From Chara braunii (taxonomy: Eukaryota; Plantae; Charophyceae): 64,000 bases of DNA. The stretch's first letter is position 1. The number at the start of each line of letters is the position of its first letter. The translations under genes and the position numbers were made by a program. The notes beneath the pieces were generated by a model. The model was not told where the DNA came from and made no database searches. It was given only the letters and a program-made list of their open reading frames with translations. Positions 51,930-63,814 of the stretch are shown piece after piece. Location of the stretch: positions 5,248,108 to 5,312,107 of the forward strand of contig BFEA01000021.1 of NCBI GenBank assembly GCA_003427395.1, written 5' to 3'.

Positions 51930-54900
51930 TGAAAATCCGCGGAATGTGACATACAAGTTTGGGGAAATCCGTACAAAGCTATCATCGATTTAGGAGCCGC
52001 GGGCCTGGCCATTTCCTTGAGGGTTGTAGAACGAGCAGGAAGAAGAAGGGATTTTATCCCGTTAGCGGAAGGAGACCACCTTGTCTCCGCCGACAAGGAA
52101 AAGATCAAGGTAATAGGAAGGATGACGAACGTTGCGTTTCGATTGAGAAAAGTTCACGCGTTGGGAGATATCGTGGTATTAGATGTGAATACGTACGATG
52201 TTCTTCTGGGATTACCGACCCTTACCGCACTGAGAGTCAACCTCGACTTTGAAAGACGAGCAATCATCCTTCGGAATACGGGCGAGAAACCGTATGTTAT
52301 CCCGATGCGTCTAACTCTCCGGACTGCACTCCGTACGGCCCGGAAGACTCCCCCCAGAAGTGGAGAACCACTCCACGTAATCACCTGGAGGGAACCCCTC
52401 CAGAAAATGGATGAAAGAGAAAAAGAACTGGAGCTATCAAGTAGCTCCTCTGAAGGCGAGAATGAAACGGACCCTGAGATTTGGGGTATGGTGCACCAAC
52501 GGATTCATTACCCCGTGCGACAGAAAACATCGAAAACATTCGTCCTTACTGAATGGAACCTCCTGCGAACGTGAGCCTTAGTCCTAGGGGAGCCTCCCGT
52601 TCAAGTGTCCCGAATGGCTGATTCTTCGGAACCCCCTAGGAACTTATACGAGATCACCACCCCGCTTCTCTCAAAATAAAATGATAAGAAAGCATTCTGC
52701 GACATTTCGGGAGTGCCTCGTTCTCTGCTCTCTACAAGGAAAGAGGTTCGATTGCTGCGATAGGGTGCCAAGGGCGAAACTTTGGAACCCCCTGGGCGTG
52801 GCAATCCATACGAACTCGGGATCAAGATCGTGGAAAAACTAGTTAGTTTGCAAGATATCGACGACGGGGTAACACCAAAAGAGCACGTGGCAATCAGGAA
52901 GCAGACGCCCAGATGGTCGCCACAGTGTTCTCCTAGCGATCATACAGTTCATTCATCTCCACGCCTGGGAATGGTAGTAAAATGGGTATGAAACAGATGA
53001 TGGTTAACATACACGGACAACTCTATGAGTTACATGTGCCCCAGTACATGCCCGACGAAACACATCGACTAATCGCAAATATCCTAACCGAATATCAAGG
53101 AGCGATTAGCATCAAAGACATGGATATCGGGTTGTCATTAGTTATTCAGCACGAAATCCAAACCGGAACGCACCCCCCAATCCACTGCAAGCCATACAGG
53201 TACTCCCTCGCCAAACGCAGGACAACATTGGAACGAATCAGGGAATTTAAAGCTAATAGTTGGATTGAGCCTGCTACTGGACCCTAGTTCTTCCCCGTAG
53301 TTCTAGTCTCAAAGAAGAACGGGTCGATTTGCATATGCATCGATTATAGGAAGTTGAATGATATCCCGATCAAGGATGTGTACCCCCTCCCCAGGATTGG
53401 TGATCTATTGGATGCGATTGGGTGTGCTAGATATTTTAGTAAGTTTGATATCCGCCATGGGTTCCATCATATCCTGGTTAAGGAGGAGGATCAACCGAAA
53501 ACGATGTTCGTACTGTTCGAAAGCACGTGGCAGTGGGTTCGTTGCCCTATGGGAATATGCAATGCGCCAGCTACCTTTCAGAGAGCGATGAACATCACCT
53601 TTCAGAACTTCGTCAACAAAACCCGACTGACCCAGGGAATGATCAACTTCTGCGTCATTGTGTATATGGACGATATTTTGGTGCATTCTGAATCGTTTCA
53701 CGGACATGCTCAACACATTGAGTGGACGCTCGGGGAATTGCGGGATGCTGGATTCAAGATTGCACTCGAGAAAAGTGAATTTTTCCTCTCGGAAATCTCA
53801 TTTTTGGGATACGTGGTGACACGAGGAGGTTTGAGGCCAGATTCGAGAAAAGTTGAGGCGGTTCGAGAAGCCCCTATGCCCACGTCGCTGACGCAGGTTC
53901 GAGCCTTCCTGGGGCTGGCCTAGTACTACCATAGGTTTATCAAGGGGTTTGCGGCAATCGCTCGGCCCCTGACAAACCTCCTACGGAAAGATCAGCCACT
54001 CAAGTGAGACGCGGAGTGCGAGCAGACCTTTGTCACTTTGAAGGAGGCCCTCGCCTCCGCACCTATTTTGATTCGGCCCGATCCTGAAAAACAGGTCATT
54101 CTCATTACGAACTGGCAACCTGAGGAGATTCCGCTATTTTGGCCCAGAAGGGGAAGGATGGCCGCGAACACGTCATCGAGTACACTTTGTGAACCGTGCC
54201 TGACGAAAGAAGGAACGATTCGGCCCCGATAGGTGAATGTTATGCGGTCGTCTAGGGAATTCAACACTTCCATCCGTATTTGTACGGACATACGTTCCTC
54301 CTCGTCACGGATCACGAGCCCCTGCTATCTCTCAAAAGGCTCACCAACTACACGGGCGTGATTGGTCGATGGGCTGTCCGGCTACAGAAGTACGACTTCG
54401 ATATCATTCATCGAAAGACGAAAAAGCACGGGAACGCAGACGGGTTGACACGACTACATCGGCCAAGCAAGGTGGCAAAAGGTGAGGAGATTACTCCGTG
54501 GAAGGAGTCGGAGCCAACTAAGGGACCCCCATACGGAGAAGTGGACATTCTCCCCCGACCGTCCAGGAAGTGACACGTAAACGCAATGGCGATGGATGGA
54601 GAAGGTAACTCTAGAGGCCCTCTTTCTCCCCTCTCATCCTCTTCTCTCCTTTCCTTGCCCGACAAATTTTGTTACTTTTGCGAAGCAATATCGCGGGTCT
54701 ATTCGGTTCTCATGTGTCCTAGTGGGGAGGGATATGTCGAGTGGGTAGACTATGAACGGTGTGTCTCCCGGGCCCACGGTTTCTGTATCCAATACAAAAA
54801 CGCAGATAAAGCTTGGTTATATCCTTTGTGTCGAACCAATAAAATCCCAACGGAGGCTCGATTCCTCGAAGCCATGTCCGAAGGGCTGAAAAAAACACGT

Positions 54901-56140
54901 AAGTTTCGACGGGTGAAAGTATGGACGGATGTCGTTTTGATAGTCACAGTGGTCGGGAACTCCGCCCGAGAATTTACCAAAGAAGATCGGAGGCGAGCTA
55001 ACGAAAGGGCACGAGATTATCGATGGAACGACGAACGATTAGAAAAATAAAAGACTGATGGTAGTGGGATTTGGATGTTGGTGCCTCATCCGTTCACGAG
55101 GTACAACTGGGTTAAGGCGGCCGACAAGGAAACCACTGCTCACTTTGCTGTCAGAATCACGGAAGCCGCAATTGACAAAAACGAATGGTATTGGTCCAAC
55201 ATCCGGGACGATGTTAAATTCATCATAAAAAATTGTCCAGTTTGTGCGGCAGATAAAACGTCGATTCAACCGCCTAGGTCGATAGTACCTACTGTAGTCG
55301 AGCGACCGTTCCAAAAGGTTAGCATGAACACAACAGATATTACTGTGCCCCCTGGACCGAATAACTGCGAATATTAAATTATTTTGGTGTTCGTAGATCT
55401 TTTCTCGAAATGGATCGAGGCTTACCCGTGTAAGACGCGGCAAACGACGGAGATTGTGTTGTATATCAACCGTTTCCTCGGAATGCATCAGGATACCGAG
55501 GGAATTTTAATGGATAACGGGGCGAAATTCTGAGGAAGGAGCCTAGTCATACATGGTGTCTCCATCCGTAATACGGCTCCCCATATGTCGCAATCGAACG
55601 GACTAGTAGAAAATGCGAACCGGGTAATTAAGACCGCCTTGCGGCGAAATATCGTGGCACGCGACACGAGGCCTTGGCCCGATGTCGTGGACCACATCCT
55701 AGCTATCTACCCCCTCTTGAGGTTACTTGCCTGACCTCTTTTCAGTTACGGACCAATAGTCTGGCTTGTGTAGCCCTGCCGAACCTGAATGACGAAACGA
55801 CCCTTGCGAGACGGACCACTAGAGCGACGGTCAAGGACAAGGTTCAACGCCACCTAGAATTGATGGAAAAAGCCCTCCCCCGGTTAGCCCAAAAAAGACA
55901 GCGGATGACCGAAATGGCCCATGGTCGGCAGGTCCGGAGCTATGAGGCCCGAAATGGGAACGCTGGACCCTGGCCCCAATATAAATTAGGGGATAAGTGC
56001 AGGTGAGGAAATGTGCTCGCCAAGGCAAGCTAGCGCCACAATTCTTCGGGCGATTTTGCGTAGTCGAGCTCGGTCCTAGCGGAGTGAACATGGTGCGGCT
56101 TGCACCAGAGGTCTTAGGAAGTCGATCGGCTTGACCGATT
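51930..56140 (+). pseudogene. pol: Gypsy pol: protease, reverse transcriptase, RNase H and integrase, with many stops and frameshifts
   Basis: AIIDLGA..YDVLLGL (protease); YPLPRI..FSKFDI..PMGICNAPATFQ..VYMDDILV (RT); TDHEPL..HGNADGL (RNase H); H..YW..CPVC zinc finger and SNGLVENANR (integrase). Confidence 0.93.
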
Positions 56141-56297
56141 ATCGACACGTGTCCTATCTTCGCCCCTTACCTCCTTCTCCTTCTCCGCCATCGTCCACGT
56201 CATCCTTCGATTCTGCGGGGGAAGACGACGATCTCGAGCTCGAATACTCTGACTCGCCTTCCTCTCAACCTCCATCTCCAACTCCTCCCCCATCACC

Positions 56298-58345
56298 ATG
56301 AGCTTTTCTACCGAGCAGGTCATCAGTGAATATCTAATGAGACCCGGGGGGCATATTTCATCGATTCGACAGGTGCGGCGACCACGATTGAGTCCGGATC
56401 TGCTTCGCTTTGCGGCTTTCTTCAGCACAACGGTCATCCATGTGGCAACGGCATTTCGGTTCGCACGCACCAGCGAGCGGACAAGAGTGTTGGCTGAGGC
56501 ATCGACTTTTCTGCGGCTGTCCCGCCTAGCAACAACCACGCGTCAGTGATCGTCGCCTTCACCAACGATCTCATGGCACTGTATCCGGCAGGTCATACGG
56601 GCGCCCTCAACAACTGCGACTCTAGGCCCGGGACCTCACGAAGGTGTGGATCCAGCTGTTAGCCCGACCAGGCGATCGGGTCGGCTCCACCAACGACATC
56701 GACCTCATCCAGCTTAGACTCTCTCTCTCTACGCTGGAGTTTATCATCCTAGAGCTTCTTCCTTTTGCACCGCCTCAATGAACCGGCACCGCCTCTCTAC
56801 CTTCGGGCTTCCCTCTGATCTTCCTACCTTCTGGCAGTCCGCGACGAACATCCCTCTCTTTTTTCGGATCCGGCAGCTGGACGTGTCGATCCTCGACGTG
56901 GGCAAGTGGGTAGAGTGGTGGAACGCGTACGTCGCACTTAGCTTCTATTTCCTCGAGGCGGTGTTCCATTGGGCGGGGCCGACCGACAAAGACGAGGAGG
57001 ACAAGGTTCCTGACGTTGAGGTGGAGTTGCTGATCGTCCAAGCCTAGAGAACGGATACAGAGGGGGAACTGTTGGGGATTCTATTCGGGAAGGTGAGGGG
57101 CAGCCACCTGGAGCCAATCACAAATGAAGCCCTGGTGTTCCTGGCACAACTCCTGGACGGTCTGCCCCTCGACATCATTTCGCAGTGCGACGAGCGGCCC
57201 GCGGTAGTGGCGTTTACCCGTACATTGGTACCACTTTTACTGTGGTCCACGTGTACGGAGCTTAACGGTGACAATTGCTACTACCCCTCCTCAGGCCACT
57301 ACCTGGCCATCAACATGACCGATCTCACTTTGTGGGATCCGATCATCTGAAGAGTGGAGGTGGAAGGGGTAGCTGACGACACGGAGGAAGAAAGAGAAGA
57401 GGAAAGTGAAGAGAAAGAAGAAGAAATTTTGGAGGTGGAAACCGACGATCCCGATTACCACGAGTCAGAGGATAGTGAGTTGGGAGGGAGTGGGTCAGGC
57501 GAATCAGATAGCCACAGCGAGCTGAGCAAGGAAGAGGACGAGGTGGCAGCCTAGCGGAGCCGAGAGGGGGCGGAAGGAAAGCGGCCAGTGGAGGAATCAG
57601 ACGGGCTAGCAACGCGGTTGTCACAAGGTTATCCGGCGCGAAATTTAGAGCCGTCGCAGGAGGAATCTGGAGGAAATGGCATTGCCACCGCAGAGGGATC
57701 TATAACCAGACACCGCAGAGGGATCTAGAACCAGACACCGCAGAGGGATCTAGAACCAGACACCGCAAAAGAAGTCCAATGTCGGCTCAATCCTCTTCAC
57801 CTCCGCGGCCCGCCGTTCGCCTACATGGAGATAAGGGCGCTCGGGCTTCGTCCCCGATCATTATCCCGCCGTCCCCTTCATTTTCTCGCCATCCACCAGC
57901 CTACGGGCCGACCGCCTTTTCCCTCGAATTGGCATCCCCTCGCCCCTTCCCTTTTCCACCAGCTCTACTCCACCCGCCTCATCATCAACGTCTTCCCGCA
58001 TGCGACCACTCGCTCTATTGCAACCTCCTTCCCTCTTTTAGCGCGGCATGGCAGGAATATAATAATATAAAAGTTTATTGCATAATTTTTGGCACCATCC
58101 CCACCTGCGAAGGTTACGAGGATTTCCGCGCCGCGATTCCCCGCACCCTCTGTACCCTTTACCCTGATTACCTCGCTTCGCTCCCACACCAGGATCATCG
58201 CTTACCCCGCATACATCGCATCGTCCATTACACCCGGCTCCCCACTGGGGATCGAGAGCAGAGTCGCTTTCTACCACCTCTCCCCCAAGCTCACCCTCCT
58301 CTTCCTCCTCCCGCCATCAGACTACCTTTCCCCGACAACCTCTAG
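56298..58345 (+). pseudogene. Extra post-integrase ORF(s) of unknown function in the Gypsy family
   Basis: Peptides (EQVISEYLMRPGGHISSIRQVRRPRLSPDL; ELLIVQA..GELLGILFG; acidic tract; YPDYLASLPH) are conserved with the minus-strand copy at 16742-18767. Confidence 0.7.
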
Positions 58346-58507
58346 GATCGGAGTTCGCGATGCCACCTTGGATGACTTCCACACTCTCATCTTACGGTGA
58401 GTGGCACATATCAGCTCCACAATGATCGTTGGCAAGTTTTAGGACCAGCCAATGGCGGAGAGCAAGCAGGAACTTGCTCAAGATTGGAACCCCCTGGGCG
58501 TCACATA

Positions 58508-60890
58508 TGTGATGAACTGTTCTCTGCAACCACGCGGATTTCTGCACAAGGCTATATCGGGGGGAGGGGGGGGGGGGGAAATTGGCTGAGTCGGAATGGC
58601 CTGGCGGTTTGCATGGATGCCCCTGCTTTTTCTTGTCTCTTTCGATTAAAGGCTGGTCTGGTCCCACAGCAGTTGATAGTTGGTCGCGCCTCAGCGAGCG
58701 CGATGAATAAACGGTTGTCATAGCTTCTTTTTTGTTTGGCTGTGGAGAATGAGAATTTTGGCGCGATTGTCGCGCGGGAAAATCTTTTTGAATTTTCAAC
58801 TAATGTCGAGCCCTTACGGGCTCTCGAAATTTGGTTCGTTCGGATTTTCTTTTTGTAATTATGACTTAGAATAGAAATTTGGGCGCATCTCAATTTTTGT
58901 TGCGCGGCGCTTCCTGCTTGCACACGCTCGCCCGCATCAGGAACTGTGTTCTGACTTTCCCGCATCTTAATCTCGTGTGTAACTGTAATCATTGTTTGGC
59001 AGGCGTAATTGCAACTATAATCCTCTCGTTCTTTATATCTTTTGGGGCGCCTTTGCACGCGCTTACCTCTCCCCTATCTTATTGGCCTGAACGCTTGCTT
59101 GACCGGATCGATGTGTGGAGTGTGGCTGCGTCCCCCACGCCGCGGCCTGGCCATGCAGGCGTAGGCACATCCTTCCTCCTTCTTCCTCCCACCCGAACAC
59201 GATCCCGAGTATCTCGCACAAAGCATGCATGCTATAAATCTCACAAGCGCGGTTAATTCACTTTCTAAGACCTTTTGGAGTTAGCGCGGTCGAGAGGATC
59301 GGCTAACGAAGCAGGAGTTGGCATGTGAGTAAGAGATTTGGGCGATCCGACGAGCTAGTGCTGGGCGTGCGGGGTTGACGTGGGGTCGCGATGGACTGTG
59401 GCACACGGGCGAACCTGACGGGCATGCTCGGGCTAAGCGGGGTGACAACTCGGCGTAGGTGCAAGGCGACGGACTGTCCGTATCAAGACGTTGTGAAGAG
59501 AGAAAGACAGAGAGAGAGAGGAAGAGAGAGAGGCGGTAAGTGTGCGATGAGTTTCTTCTTCTATCCCTCTAAAGCCATTTTTTATTCTTCTTCTTTCCTT
59601 CTAAGCAATTTTGGTTTTCGGCGCAAGTCGCCTTTGTTTCTTTCGATCGGCATCTCGGATCTTTTCTTCGCTTGTCTCTAGTGATTGATGCATGATTGTT
59701 TCTCCCATTTTGTTCTCCCCTCTATATGGATGGACCCCATTGATTGGTTATTGCCCATGATCGAATTTTGTACGATCCCGATGCATGAATGATTGTCACC
59801 TTCCTTTTTTTGTTTATGTATGAATAAAACTGGACGCGTGGACGATGGGTATTTGTCTGTCGAAATTAAATAAGCATGCTAGATGATTAAATGTCTGTCT
59901 CGCCATAGGGCTATCCACCCTCGGTTAACAGGCCAGCACGTACGAGACATGGGTCATTAGTCATTGTCTATCGGACCGAAGGGCAGATCTTGTACACACA
60001 CGTGTAAGCCCGATCAGAAGAACGTGGCCTACACGCGTGTCTGGAGTGCCTGTGCTCGGTCCAACTTTTCGAATAACCGAGTTTCTGCCTCACCCCACAA
60101 CATGAATATTGAACTCTCTTTTCGTATTACTGACCGCGAGTGTTTGAGAGATCCAAAATTTCGGCAGTACTAGGAGCACGTGTGTCTGTCTGCACGACCG
60201 AGGAGAGAGCTTCTTGAATTTCAATACCCGGTCGGAAACGAGCGCATCTGCGAGTGGGATATCGACCGAGCTCGAGAACGCATTCCCCACCACCCGGAAT
60301 TCCCCAGCTCGTACACGTTTCACCTTGTCGAGGAACCAAGAATAATTATTTTGGAAACCGAATTCCCTCCCTACCACCGCATACTGCCTTTCCATTCGCC
60401 AACCATCATCCCCTGGCGTGCAATCGCTTCGTATTGGCCCCAACCCCCGTGCTCGGAGTGCTTGCAAGACCACGAGTATCGAGCCTCTGGTTTCATCCGG
60501 CGAACCCGCTCGGAGGAAGAACGACGGGCGCACAGTCTTCAGCTACGGCCAGCCACATCGGATTCGCGACCAGCGCCGCACGAAGCCAACAAGTGGTCGA
60601 ATAGCGCGATAGGCATAGCGTCCCGACCATGCACCAGATACGAGTCCGACCCAGACGACGGAACCAACAGAGGTGGCAGCCCCACGCTCAGAAACACAAA
60701 AACAGACTTCGACCCGCATCTATCCTCTTGCATCCCTATCTCTGAACTTGCCCCAGGAGATCTCAGTTCCTACCTAAGACTCCACCCCCATTTTTCCAAA
60801 AATCATTGGCACACCCCTTTTCGCAATTCCAGGTCCATTCACACACCTAATAGGAAGTCGCGCCGGGCATGAGGTTGGTAGGGCGTCACA
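58508..60890 (+). repeat. 3' LTR of element C (~2.4 kb) with a 15-nt terminal extension
   Basis: TGTGATGAAC ... GAGGT-TGGTA-GGGCGTCACA. Confidence 0.92.
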
Positions 60891-61290
60891 CTGCCAACCC
60901 CCCCCCTCCGCTCCAACACCCAAACCCTCCTTCCGTTATCCATCACCCTCCATATTCCTCATCGCCAGCCACTTCACAGCCATGCTATGGCAAACACATC
61001 CTGCAAGAAGTACCAAGCACTGCTGCAAGTCGGCGTTGAATACAGGCATGGAAGCTGCAGCCTGCAGCACAACCATGACTAGTGCATTCCACCTGTTCAT
61101 CCAATGCATGATCGCCATGATGGTCATGAACAGCACATTATCATCGACTTCCTCTCCTCCATTACGTTGATGCTGATGTGCTCCTCCGCTGTCCATGTGA
61201 GGATACTGGATGCAGGAACAGGAGGAACAGCACCTCGCGCTTCGAAAAATGCTGTCTTTCGACACCAACGTGACCCCCACCGACGTCAAT
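60891..61290 (-). pseudogene. N-terminal part of the same Harbinger-type transposase, separated by Gypsy element C
   Basis: Joins 33721 across the CTGC TSD and reads RVWVLERRGG..QDL into the central fragment. Confidence 0.6.
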
Positions 61291-61376
61291 GAATAGGGTG
61301 CAACCAGTCACGTGCTTCGTCTCCCGAAGGCTCGCAGGGGCGCACAGGCTGTTGGCGTGTACGCACTACCGGTTAA

Positions 61377-61499
61377 TGGAAGGCCAAAAATTCGGGGTTT
61401 TTTGCCGTGTCGCTACAAGCAATGTTGTCGAAACTTTTGCGAACAAACTATGCAGGGTCATAAACAAACATAAAAAAAACCCGAATTTTTGGCCTTCCA
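61377..61499. mobile_element. 123-bp TTAA-flanked MITE
   Basis: TTAA|TGGAAGGCCAAAAATTCGGG...CCCGAATTTTTGGCCTTCCA|TTAA. Confidence 0.8.
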
Positions 61500-61503
61500 T
61501 TAA

Positions 61504-61702
61504 ACCACCAGTACCTGGCCCAGCTATCGGCCGCGGCGCTTCCCGTATACGCGCCGCGCCATTTGGGCTTCGGCCTGCCGGACCGCATTGGCTGGAGGCT
61601 GCAGGCAAAACGAAAAAGAAAATTGCGACGGCGATTCGGCAGGACTTGGCGCGCAGCGTGCTGGGAGGCTCGGATTCAATAGCTGAGCGAGGTACTGGTG
61701 GT
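61504..61702. mobile_element. 199-bp TTAA-flanked MITE, same family as 1191-2461
   Basis: TTAA|ACCACCAGTACC...GGTACTGGTGGT|TTAA. Confidence 0.8.
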
Positions 61703-61916
61703 TTAACAGGTAGTGCGGCGGTGGGGTCCCCTCTGTTTCATCATTTCCATTGGCGGTGGGCAGTCCGCTGGATGTTGCGACTTCCGAAACCGTTTGCCAC
61801 GGTCCTGTGGGGTCCTAGCCTAAGTGCAGCGAGGCCGGCTAGATGAAGGGTGGCGCCCTCTATGAAAAAAAAACTGTGTCGCATAAGCGCAGAAGCGCAG
61901 CCACTCGGGTGCGAGA

Positions 61917-62085
61917 CCGGGGGCCAAGTCCCACTAGCAGCGTTGAGCTACCTCAACGCCTGAATCTGGACGTGTTTGTGGAGACGTGCAGTTCAGGAAA
62001 CTCAAGCATTTCTGCACATCTCCACAAAAGCGTCCAGATACAGGCGTTGAGGTAGCTCAACGCTGCTAGTGGGACTTGGCCCCGG
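61917..62085. repeat. Near-perfect ~170-bp hairpin
   Basis: GGGGCCAAGTCCCACTAGCAGCGTTGAGCTACCTCAACGCCTG... and its reverse complement, giving a ~70-bp stem. Confidence 0.9.
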
Positions 62086-62593
62086 CCGGCTGGCAGGGCT
62101 TGAAGCCTTTGCACGGCAACAACCTGGTAGTTTTGCACGGCAACAACCTGGTAGTTTTTTGTGTTTTTTATCGTTTTTCGCGCATTTTGCAAGCCAGCAT
62201 TCTGCTGTGCACACCTCCAAACCCACTTCGCACCCGGCCGAAATGGAAAACCGGCCGCCGTCCATGAAAACGGCTCGCCGACCTCTTTTAGTGACCGCTG
62301 GTCTGCCCCCCTCCAACCGCACTCGCGACCACCCGGCCTACCGGTCTCTGCCCCGAGAGCGACTGCACCCTTCAATTACCCATGTTACCGCCCTATAAAC
62401 CCCTTTCGCCCTCGTCGACATTTCAGACATTTCCTAGGACGTCCTCGCTAGGCGACAAAATGCAACCAGTATAGCGCAGCCTCCTGGCTGCGAAATGGTC
62501 TTGGCGCCCACAGATATTCCCAGAGAGTGTCGGTGCAGAGATCGCGTCCGACTACCTGGACGTACCGAGCAGATCCGTAACTGTCCAGATAAG

Positions 62594-62715
62594 GGGCCTC
62601 GCTGCACCACTCTTGAAATGCACAAAAGACAAAATTCATGGCCGCGTATCTTTCCATATTCTAGCGGAAGATTCACTCTCGTTTTGCACATTTCGAGAGT
62701 AGTGCAGAGAGGCCC
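62594..62715. mobile_element. GGGCCTC-ended hairpin MITE, relative of 12862-12988
   Basis: Shared TIRs and the internal GTATCTTTCCAT..ATTCACTCTCGTTTT motif. Confidence 0.65.
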
Positions 62716-63489
62716 AAGCTCAGCATTCACCATGAGTAACTTTTTCAACTGAATTTGGCGTGATCGCGAAATGCATCCAAGAAACCGCTACCCTGAATGA
62801 ATGCAACGGCACGATATACCGCCTTTTTGAAAAAAGGGGGGGACGTAAGGGTCGCGTTCCTGGCTCTTCAAGAAGTCGGGGGCGAAGCCTCAGTTACGGA
62901 TATCACGGGAAAGGATGAAGAATAGTTTAGTGAGATCTCACCCCAGGTGTGGGAGGATCGCCTAAATGAAGAGAGCGATGAGCAAGAGAAGGAAGCTCCT
63001 ACCGTCTGCCGCCGAACCCAACGCTTCGATACAGTCGCGATGAGGGTGCGCTATGTTCGGGGGAGCTCCTAATAATAAATGCATACAAGCTTTCTTTCGG
63101 CTTCGACACAGTCGTGATGAGGGTGCGTTATGTTCGGGGGGAGCTCCTAGTGTAGTGTGTAGTATGGACATCAGCTACTTGACATGGCTCTGTCAAGCAC
63201 AGGAAGCTGTGGCGTATTGCATGGACTACGAGTAGCGCCTGGCGTGCTAATGTGGATAGGCAAGTTTTCGGATAAATGGATAAGTTACAGTCTCTTTTTG
63301 GGATCTATCGATTGTTAAATAGGTGGATCAACTGATTCATGGATTGATGAAGAAGTAGATGCAGGTACGTAAATGAGCTAGAGCAAAACAACGTTACGCG
63401 ACGTGACGTTTGGGAGGGAAGAGTGGAGAGATGGAAGGAGAAAACAGGTGAAGTAGATAGGTAGATAGAAAACACAAGGAGTACGTCGA

Positions 63490-63494
63490 CAGAC

Positions 63495-63532
<38 letters not shown>

Positions 63533-63734
63533 TGGATAGATAGATAGATAGATAGATAGATAGTGGGTAGATAGATAAATAGATAGATAGATAGATAGAT
63601 AGATGGATGGATAGATAGATAGATAGACAAATAGAAGAAAGGAGGAAGTAGACGGAGTGGATACATAGATAGATAGATAGGTAGATAGGTAGGCAGAAAA
63701 GATAAATGCTATATATTGGTAACGCCCCCCCCCC

Positions 63735-63810
<76 letters not shown>
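63490..63810. repeat. (GATA)n and (GA)n microsatellites
   Basis: Directly visible. Confidence 0.95.

Positions 63811-63814
<4 letters not shown>

Larger units (their letters stand above)
33722..60890 (+). mobile_element. Full-length decayed Ty3/Gypsy LTR retrotransposon C containing a 14-kb nested insert
   Basis: TG...CA ends with 4-bp TSD CTGC (33718-33721 and 60891-60894). The 5' LTR is 33722-35582 plus 49661-50212 and the 3' LTR is 58508-60890. Domain order is gag-PR-RT-RH-IN. Confidence 0.93.
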
